From an uncultured virus (IMG/VR IMGVR_UViG_3300029305_011567) (taxonomy: Duplodnaviria > Heunggongvirae > Uroviricota > Caudoviricetes), in the IMG/VR virus record IMGVR_UViG_3300029305_011567: DNA of 64,000 bases. The stretch is one strand, 5' to 3'. Position 1 is the first letter of the stretch. Each line of letters opens with the position of its first letter. The translations under genes were made by a program, and so were the position numbers. Below, piece after piece: positions 30,467 through 37,688 of this stretch. The notes beneath the pieces are model-generated. The model saw only the letters and a list, made by a program, of their open reading frames with translations, searched no databases and was not told the DNA's origin.

Positions 30467-30614
30467 ATAATTATCTTCTTTTAATGTATCATGATTACGT
30501 TGCCACCTACGGCACAATTTTGAAAATTCCTACAAAGTTAGGTGAGTGTATATAAAAGGAGTGTTATTATATGATTTTTTAGAACCATGGCATGTTTGCT
30601 CTGGTTCTTTTTTT
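30467..30614 (+). ncRNA. Candidate structured small RNA, copy 2
   Basis: TTGATT-17-CATAAT promoter (30438-30466), terminator 30581-30614, homologous to 16143-16294. Confidence 0.55.
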
Positions 30615-30691
30615 GTCTCATCGACAAAAAACAACTATTCATGCTACGTATAGTAGCCGTGACCGCGTATAGCGGAGAAAAGGAGGACTCT

Positions 30692-30994
30692 ATGTTTAGA
30701 GTATTTGATGAATTATTACCCATTATTGACAAGATTACTGGTACGCAGGATGCATTAGAACAACTGTTCATTTTACCTATGATTCTTATCGTATTCTGTG
30801 CAATCGTATTTTGCGTTATACCAGTTGCTTTTTGCTATGTGGTTCTTTTCTGGAGAGCGCATCGTCCATTTTTATTACGGTGTGTAAAAGCTGTACTTAT
30901 TCCATGTGTCGTGGCTTTTGCATTACCTATTGGAGCAGCGATAGGTATTTGCACAACAGTCAAAAAGTGGGTAAAAGCATTCTGGCGCTGTTAG
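30692..30994 (+). CDS. Small membrane protein
   Basis: AGGAGG RBS, two hydrophobic helices. Confidence 0.6.
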   Translation: MFRVFDELLPIIDKITGTQDALEQLFILPMILIVFCAIVFCVIPVAFCYVVLFWRAHRPFLLRCVKAVLIPCVVAFALPIGAAIGICTTVKKWVKAFWRC

Positions 30995-31001
30995 TGCCAA
31001 A

Positions 31002-31032
31002 AATAAAGCGCACCGCATAGGTGCGCTTTATT
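31002..31032. terminator. Bidirectional terminator between convergent genes
   Basis: AAAGCGCACC gcata GGTGCGCTTT. Confidence 0.75.
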
Positions 31033-31517
31033 TAGTATACTTTGTTGATTTGATGAAAATACATTCTCGCCACTTCGATAACGTATACTAAGAACAGAAG
31101 CAGGTAACTGATAATAATAGCATTGAAATCATGTTTCCCGTGCCAATCTTTTACAAAAAGGACGACAACGCTAATGAGTAATACAACCTGTAAAATCTTA
31201 CTCCAAAAGAGCGCGGATGCGCGGCGTATAAGTGGTGAGCGCATAGACAGAGCGTGTATCTCGTTATCAATTTGTTTGCCGATATGTTCTTCTATAATAT
31301 TATGCTCGTCTTTTGATGCCGGTTCAGGTTCCAGTGCGTATATATCCATGACTTCTCTTCCACCATGTAAATGCCGGGATACCTTAACACCGCATTTCTT
31401 ACCATTGTAGTGTAAAATCCCTTTTTCCATAATTTTAGTCTTTTTAATCTTAGTTGTTTCTATTTTTTCATATCCAATCCCATACCGTTCAAAATCTTCT
31501 ATATACCACAGGAGCAT
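31032..31517 (-). CDS. Membrane protein, paralog of 27133-27600
   Basis: Shared N-terminal motif and two TM helices. Confidence 0.6.
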   Translation of the reverse strand: MLLWYIEDFERYGIGYEKIETTKIKKTKIMEKGILHYNGKKCGVKVSRHLHGGREVMDIYALEPEPASKDEHNIIEEHIGKQIDNEIHALSMRSPLIRRASALFWSKILQVVLLISVVVLFVKDWHGKHDFNAIIISYLLLFLVYVIEVARMYFHQINKVY

Positions 31518-31521
31518 GTCC

Positions 31522-32082
31522 TTATTCCCCTTCCTTTTCATCAAATAACATTTGCAACTCATTATAGAGCATATTGTCTGTGTTATGCTCTTTCATATAT
31601 TCTATGATAGCAAAAAACCGATTCTCAAGATGTTCCAACTCGTCTGCAGTGCAGGCTATTTTTTTACTTTTGTTTATTACACCTTTGTACTGCTGTCCTT
31701 TTTGCGATTCATATGCATATAAATACTGAGACAGACTCTCCAGTAAAAACAATCCTGAGTGTGTGCATAACATGTCATTAAGCATTTGATATATCATTTT
31801 ATCGTATGGATCTTCCGATAAGGACAGCTTATAGAATACATGGTCTGACTTTAAATGACTCTCTTCTACTTCTTCTCTCCATGTGTCCGTTTCTCCAAGT
31901 AAATATTCAAAACTCACATGAAAATAATCATGGTAGGCTTTCAGGTCTTTTAATGTAGGCTGTCTTTTTCCGCTTTCCAGTTCGCATATGTGCGGGTTAT
32001 AAAATCCTTCTCCGAACCGGCGGCATAATTCTCTTTGCCCGATGCCTTCTGTAAGCCGTAGTTTTAAAAACCGATTCTCCAT
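31522..32082 (-). CDS. XRE-family HTH protein
   Basis: IGQRELC...ELESGKRQPT...FHVSFEYLLGETD. Confidence 0.8.
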   Translation of the reverse strand: MENRFLKLRLTEGIGQRELCRRFGEGFYNPHICELESGKRQPTLKDLKAYHDYFHVSFEYLLGETDTWREEVEESHLKSDHVFYKLSLSEDPYDKMIYQMLNDMLCTHSGLFLLESLSQYLYAYESQKGQQYKGVINKSKKIACTADELEHLENRFFAIIEYMKEHNTDNMLYNELQMLFDEKEGE

Positions 32083-32087
32083 GAGCC

Positions 32088-33338
32088 TCACCCCCGTATC
32101 TTAATTAACAATTCTTCAATTTCTGATTCATCCCGGAGAATGAAACACTCGTATTCATCGTTATTCTCAGCGAATACCGCTTTTTTATTGTATTCTCTTG
32201 TGGATAGTGCCGTATCAATGAGAATACTCTTTCCCTTGAACCTCTCGATAATAAAAGCTGGCACCAGATTTCCATATGCTTCTATCGGCATATAGGGCTT
32301 TAGAAAGATTACTCTTTCTTCGCACAATCTGTCTGCTACTGCTTTCTCAAGCTCATTGCTTACATATAGCCCATGCGAAGTTGTGTAACAAATATTGCCT
32401 TTTAGCATGGTGATCCAGTCCGATATGCTACCACCGTTTTTATTCTGGTAACGGCTTCTATGTATATATCCCGCCAAAACACGTCGCATACCTTCTTTTT
32501 CCGGCGCTTCCTCTACCATTTCCTTAAAATCTTCCGTCAAAATACGCACTGTGGCTTTGTATTTGCTCTTATCGGATGGCATTTTGACTGTAATGTACTG
32601 ATACTTCCTATCTTCTTTAAAAGCTGCTATACGGTCAATTTCCGCGTACATAAAGTATCGGATTCGGTAATCATCATTTGCATAGAACGTATCTTTGTGA
32701 TAACAGATTGCCCTTAGTGGAACGACCTGACCTTCTACTTGTATTGTGATATCATTTGAAACACCGAAAATCAGACGGATGAATTCTTCATATGTTTTAT
32801 ACTGCCAGTTTGGTATTTCGCCCTTCTTTCGGGCTTCTTTAATTTCCTTTTTCTTACTATACGTCTGCTTTTCCCAAGCAATGCTTGTTAGTGCACGAAT
32901 CATTTCTGTCAGACTGGTGCGCTTGTAGGTGACTTCTTTTTTACTGGTTTCCTCGCCAGAGCTGTTAGATTCCCTTTTTTCATAGGTGCGCTTAATCACG
33001 GCCGGCATTGCGATATTGAATATGATCTGGCTATCTTCATTACCGTAAATCCCATTTCCGTGTTCTACAACCCATCTTGTGTATACTGTGGACTTTGGAC
33101 AAGACTCTTTGTGCCGGTCCTGCTGGTGGTTGGTTTTTACACGGATTACGCCTGTTGTTGTGATAGATAGTTCCAGTTCATTACACTCATTGCAAGCGCA
33201 AAAAAGCTGCAGGCTACCATCCTGTGTCATGCGACGCATCTGTGCTACGGATTCCGGTTCATATGACTGGAACTCTTTATATGAGATATAATTCTCTCCA
33301 TATTCAGTTAGGGTACGAAAATAGCCTGTCTTTACCAT
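32088..33338 (-). CDS. DUF1173-like protein (Zn-binding N-terminus, degenerate PD-(D/E)xK-like C-terminus)
   Basis: LFCACN...H..SC; FLKPY...VPAFII...ILID...Y.KK. Confidence 0.45.
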   Translation of the reverse strand: MVKTGYFRTLTEYGENYISYKEFQSYEPESVAQMRRMTQDGSLQLFCACNECNELELSITTTGVIRVKTNHQQDRHKESCPKSTVYTRWVVEHGNGIYGNEDSQIIFNIAMPAVIKRTYEKRESNSSGEETSKKEVTYKRTSLTEMIRALTSIAWEKQTYSKKKEIKEARKKGEIPNWQYKTYEEFIRLIFGVSNDITIQVEGQVVPLRAICYHKDTFYANDDYRIRYFMYAEIDRIAAFKEDRKYQYITVKMPSDKSKYKATVRILTEDFKEMVEEAPEKEGMRRVLAGYIHRSRYQNKNGGSISDWITMLKGNICYTTSHGLYVSNELEKAVADRLCEERVIFLKPYMPIEAYGNLVPAFIIERFKGKSILIDTALSTREYNKKAVFAENNDEYECFILRDESEIEELLIKIRG

Positions 33339-33516
33339 ATCTTATCTCTCTTGTTCTTGCGACGTCGCAATATTTTTTCACATTTGTATATAATAATATT
33401 CTTGTTGCCTTGCGATAACTCAAAATATTTTAGTTGGATATGAACCTATAAATTCCGTTCAGTAGCCTTGTTGTTTGGCAATATTCCAAAACCAATGCTG
33501 CGTTTACGTTGATACC

Positions 33517-33620
33517 GTTCAGTAGCTTTGTTGTTTGGTAATATTCCAAAACATCAAATAGCCTTTGCTGAGTGGAAATAGTTTCCCTCAGCCTTCGGCA
33601 GCTGAATCTGCCGGGTATAT
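33517..33620 (-). ncRNA. Cas12f guide-RNA scaffold + repeat, unit D
   Basis: Conserved scaffold CCCGGCAGATTCAGCTGCCGAAGGCTGAG...CTCAGCAAAGG fused to repeat. Confidence 0.75.
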
Positions 33621-33740
33621 ATTATGTTATTTTAGCTCGTTATAGATGCTCTGTCTGCATTGCAAGTGCATTGTTTTAATTGCCATGAAACATTTTGCAA
33701 TTTCCAAAACCCAATGCTGCGTTTACATTGCAACCTATCG

Positions 33741-33844
33741 GTTCAGTAGCTTTGTTGTTTGGTAATATTCCAAAACATCAAATGACCTTTGCTGAGTGGA
33801 AATAGCTTCCCTCAGCCTTCGGTAGCCGAATCTACCGGGTATAT
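33741..33844 (-). ncRNA. Cas12f guide-RNA scaffold + repeat, unit C
   Basis: Same scaffold with compensatory stem CGGTAG/CTACCG. Confidence 0.75.
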
Positions 33845-33957
33845 ATTATGTTATTTTAGCTTGTTAAAATTGATTCTGCTTACATTGCAAGCACATTATT
33901 TAAATTGCCGTGTAGTATTTTGTAATACTCCAAAACTGAACAACTATTTTAGATGCA

Positions 33958-34060
33958 GTTCAGTAGCCTTGGTATTCTGCAATACTCAAAACATCAAAAG
34001 ACCTTTGCTGAGTGGAAATAACTTCCCTCAGCCTTCGGCAGCTGAATCTACCGGGTATAT
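33958..34060 (-). ncRNA. Cas12f guide-RNA scaffold + repeat, unit B
   Basis: Same scaffold, more diverged repeat. Confidence 0.7.
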
Positions 34061-34156
34061 ATTATGTTATTTCAACTCGTTTAATGTACTTCTGTCTGTT
34101 TTGGAATATTACACGATGCTTTAAAATATAGACATCTGTTCAAAATTGCATTTTAT

Positions 34157-34260
34157 ATTCAGTGGCTTTTTTTGTTTGGCAATATTCCAAAACATCAAAT
34201 AGCCTTTGCTGAGTGGAAATAGTTTCCCTCAGCCTTCGGCAGCTGAATCTACCGAGTATA
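34157..34260 (-). ncRNA. Cas12f guide-RNA scaffold + repeat, unit A
   Basis: Same scaffold, beginning about 9 nt after the cas12f stop codon. Confidence 0.75.
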
Positions 34261-34268
34261 TATTTATC

Positions 34269-35447
34269 TTATACAAAGTCCTTTGACAATGCAACCTGTT
34301 TACCTAAATCGCGTTCTGTCTTTATAGATATGGTTTCATTTTCCGTTGGAACATCAAGTGCTTTTACTTTCTGCACGATTATACCATGCAACGACGCTTT
34401 GTACTCCAAAAACTGTTGAATCATATAAAAGGAACCTTGTAACAAAACATTCTCTTTTTCGTCCATATCTTCCACATGAATATATTTTGCTTCATTTTGA
34501 AGCGCAAAGTCTATGATGCGTTTGGTTATCATATGATTATAAGTCCGCGCAAAGTGGGCTTCATGCCGACCTACCCTGTCAAGTGCACGCAATTTTTCCT
34601 TACGTCCATGCCCGCCTTTTGCATCACGCAGCGCTCTTTGTAACCGGCTACGCTGTGCTTTGATTTTTGTGCGCATACGGCGGAGTTCATCACTACTTCC
34701 TATTAATTCGGTGGCATATTGATTATTATTTACTCCGCATACAGCCGGTATTGTTTCACCAAAATACACACCTACAACAGTATCTTCTTTTAGGGCATGT
34801 TCTTTTACGGGAATTGACAGGCAAAGATTTATCATTATCTTTTTACCGGTTTTGTCAAATTGAATGCCGCTTTGCTGAACCAGATAGTTTTCTTCAAATA
34901 TGTTTTTCAGTACACTCCTTAATTCCGCGGATCGGTGCGGGTTTCCAAGAACTACTCGGAATTGAATTTTATTAACCCAGTGAAGATATATTTCCAAATC
35001 CTGCTTGTAAAGATGTTCTAAAAACTCTGTATGGCTACTATACGGGTGCTTAAACTTGAGTGCTGTTTTTGCTGTCATAACGGGCATATCTCTTTTGTAG
35101 TTTCTAATAGCCCGCTCACCTTTGGCAAGTCCATTTTTAACATCATTCATAAAATCAGACTGTATACGGTGGGTGAGTAATGCTTTTGTTCCCAACCCAG
35201 TTTGATACTCGATGTCGTCTAACAGCGGATTGTGGTAATTATTCCTCAGACGGTCTTTAAATTCCTCATTTTTGATATCCCTTCCGCACTCATAATATTT
35301 ACTGGCAATCTGCCCCATTAACGTATTCATGGTGATATACTGGGAATACTGCGCATCACGGATAAATTTGTATACTCTTTGCACTTCTTCCTTGTCACCA
35401 ATCGGATAAAGCTGTATTTTTCTTGTGATAGTCTGTCTGTCTTTCAT
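34269..35447 (-). CDS. cas12f: Cas12f/TnpB-family RNA-guided protein, predicted nuclease-dead
   Basis: ITRKIQLYP N-terminus, G.R.IRNYK, GGHGRKEKL, YNH.ITKRIIDFA, IHVED, LEYKA..HGI.V; RuvC-I reads VGVYFG; no Zn-ribbon cysteines. Confidence 0.85.
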   Translation of the reverse strand: MKDRQTITRKIQLYPIGDKEEVQRVYKFIRDAQYSQYITMNTLMGQIASKYYECGRDIKNEEFKDRLRNNYHNPLLDDIEYQTGLGTKALLTHRIQSDFMNDVKNGLAKGERAIRNYKRDMPVMTAKTALKFKHPYSSHTEFLEHLYKQDLEIYLHWVNKIQFRVVLGNPHRSAELRSVLKNIFEENYLVQQSGIQFDKTGKKIMINLCLSIPVKEHALKEDTVVGVYFGETIPAVCGVNNNQYATELIGSSDELRRMRTKIKAQRSRLQRALRDAKGGHGRKEKLRALDRVGRHEAHFARTYNHMITKRIIDFALQNEAKYIHVEDMDEKENVLLQGSFYMIQQFLEYKASLHGIIVQKVKALDVPTENETISIKTERDLGKQVALSKDFV

Positions 35448-35471
35448 TTAATAACCACACTCCTTTTTACT

Positions 35472-36533
35472 TTAAATAGCCGTATTCTCATTTGCTCTGT
35501 ATCTTCCCAAATGTTGCCGATCCCAGCTGTAATGGCTGATATACCACAGGATATCTTTCATTGTCATATTACTTCTTTGCAAATGTCTGCCCATTGTGAT
35601 ATAGCGTTCATTGTCATTCACCATAACGTAGTTGTTATGATAAAGGTTGTATTCTCCGTCATTTTTGCTTTCTTTAATTAGCCATGATTCCTCTTTTACA
35701 AATACAATCATTTCTTCCGGCGTATTCATATGAAGTTGAAAGCCTTGCTGATATAAACATACTTCCAACTGCTGATTGCTTACATTGCCTTTATTAAAAA
35801 ACCGCAGATACCGCTCAAAATGTTTGGAACTGCTTTTGATAGCGTTACGGATATAGATTTTTCTTCTGCAATGCGTACATAAGTGTCTACCTTCTAAGAC
35901 GGTACTTGCCGCGCCAAAATCTTCATTCCGTATATGCTTTACCAGTTCGCATGACTTGTCATGGATATACTGGTTTTTCTTAGAATATACAAACCGTACC
36001 TTGTGGTCTGCCATTGCTTCCACCCGCTTGCTTAACAGATATTCTGTACTTGCATCGGTGCTGATATCGGAATATTCAATCGTATCGTTCTTTCCTATTA
36101 CCGCTTTCCTTTGTGGTTTTTCCACTAAGGATAAATCTACCGGGACAAAACTGTTATTCTGCCTTATGTTACTGTTAAGTGTATTTGTATACACCCTGCT
36201 TTTTATGTACTTCCAGTTCTTATTAAAATCCTGCTTATAGACATATACGTTCTTCTGCCTTTTATCAATCATGCATGGAACTTTTGTCGGTTTGGGCGGA
36301 TTTTTACTACTTGCCACCATATGTAGAATATAAATACAGCTTTGTTCTATTTCTGATAACGCTTCCACCTTGTCTGTCACTTCCCGTTCATTTTCATACG
36401 GGCAGAACGTATATCCCTTTAGCTCGTCACAAAATACGGCTTTTCTATCATCGGTATGAACAGGTAATTTCCAGTTGAGCATGTAGTGAAAGCGTTCACT
36501 GTTTGTATCAATCATTTCACCATCCACTTGCAT
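35472..36533 (-). CDS. Hypothetical protein with H..SC...CxxC metal-binding motif
   Basis: IHDKSC...LCTHC; 24 bp upstream of cas12f on the same strand. Confidence 0.65.
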   Translation of the reverse strand: MQVDGEMIDTNSERFHYMLNWKLPVHTDDRKAVFCDELKGYTFCPYENEREVTDKVEALSEIEQSCIYILHMVASSKNPPKPTKVPCMIDKRQKNVYVYKQDFNKNWKYIKSRVYTNTLNSNIRQNNSFVPVDLSLVEKPQRKAVIGKNDTIEYSDISTDASTEYLLSKRVEAMADHKVRFVYSKKNQYIHDKSCELVKHIRNEDFGAASTVLEGRHLCTHCRRKIYIRNAIKSSSKHFERYLRFFNKGNVSNQQLEVCLYQQGFQLHMNTPEEMIVFVKEESWLIKESKNDGEYNLYHNNYVMVNDNERYITMGRHLQRSNMTMKDILWYISHYSWDRQHLGRYRANENTAI

Positions 36534-36761
36534 CCGCCTCCTTCCTTATTTTTAAGATTACGAATTTTCCATAAACCAGTCATTTTCATCGCAGCACTCG
36601 ATGATCCGCTCTATCAGATTTTGAAAGTCCTGAACTTCTCCACATTCCACATCAAATGCCATTTATCATGTTATGTGCTCCATCGGCACATATTTTAGCA
36701 AATCTTGTTAATTCCGATTTTCTGTATTCCATATAAATTCCTCCTTACGAAGCATAAGTGT

Positions 36762-37232
36762 TTATCGTAAAATTGGGGCAAGCTCTGTGTATCTTTTTAG
36801 TAACTGATAAATCGTTCCATCCTTGATGTTATTGTCAATCATCCCTTTCTCGTACTTTTCGATTTCAAATATATATGTAAGCCGTGAATAAATTTCAAAG
36901 CACGACAGTTCTTGAAATTCTTTATCCTTTGCACTGAAATAATTTATTATATAATTATCATCATAACAGAGTGTTTCTTTTAACTTTACTTGTAACTCCC
37001 ACAATATTTCCCTGCGCTCTTTCTTATCTGCTTGTAAATAATCTTTAGCGAGTAAATGTATCGAATGTATCCATAGCGGATCTATTATTTTTTTAATGTG
37101 AATTACCTTTTCGTGTGGCTCTGGTCTATATTTTGTAATCATTGTGCCTATAATTGCAATCAAAACTACAAGCGCATTGACTATTCCTGCTATATATATT
37201 ACTTCCGATAGATCAATTATTGGGTCCAACAT
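36762..37232 (-). CDS. Membrane-anchored hypothetical protein
   Basis: AAGGAGG RBS, N-terminal TM. Confidence 0.6.
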   Translation of the reverse strand: MLDPIIDLSEVIYIAGIVNALVVLIAIIGTMITKYRPEPHEKVIHIKKIIDPLWIHSIHLLAKDYLQADKKERREILWELQVKLKETLCYDDNYIINYFSAKDKEFQELSCFEIYSRLTYIFEIEKYEKGMIDNNIKDGTIYQLLKRYTELAPILR

Positions 37233-37688
37233 CCTACTACCTCCTTAGCTCTCGAATAGAAAACCTCTATTCGGTTTCTTCATATAATAAGGGCTTTCCG
37301 TCTGCATCTACCATTACGGTATAAGTGGCTCTACTGCCCGAACCGCTTACGATATACATTACCTTAGTCTCTATATTGTATATGATATCGTAGTTTTGCA
37401 TGATCTTCAGCTGTTATAAATGTAGAATTTTTGAACTCCATTTTTGATAGTCTATTACGCAATAAAATGCTTAGAACTAACTCGATAACTGCCATTATTA
37501 CCCAGCCTTTATATCCTTTCATAATCACTATTCCTCTCTTTCAATCGTTGTGGTTTTAGTATGCTTTAATTATCCGAGAATTTCACTACACTGTCAACTT
37601 GATATTGAATGGTTTTATCAAGGTTTGTGTTGCGTGTTTGCCGATAAACAAAGCGGGTATTATTACCCGCTTTGTTGTGCTGTTGGTT

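Larger units (their letters stand above)
33457..34193 (-). CRISPR. Atypical mini-arrays: 36-nt repeat GTTTTGGAATATTACCAAACAACAAAGCTACTGAAC (- strand) with short spacers
   Basis: Repeats at 33457-33492, 33517-33552, 33741-33776, 33958-33992, 34157-34193; degenerate copies ending at 33710 and 33936; spacers of 24, 30 and 21 nt. Confidence 0.85.

Noticed and set aside
33789..34124. 111-aa ORF with internal repeat
   Set aside because: Translation of the repeated RNA cassettes on the opposite strand; no RBS
33457..34193. Canonical adaptive CRISPR array
   Set aside because: Repeats are interrupted by ~70-nt scaffolds, there are only 1-2 spacers per unit, and no cas1/cas2/cas9 is in the window
34269..35447. 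Ordinary IS200/IS605 TnpB transposon
   Set aside because: No tnpA nearby, motifs are Cas12f-like, RuvC-I is inactivated, and CRISPR-like repeats with several guides follow
36732..36741. 10-nt match (TATAAATTCC) to the terminal guide seed at a nearby RBS
   Set aside because: Short AT-rich match plausible by chance; no T-rich PAM on the 5' side
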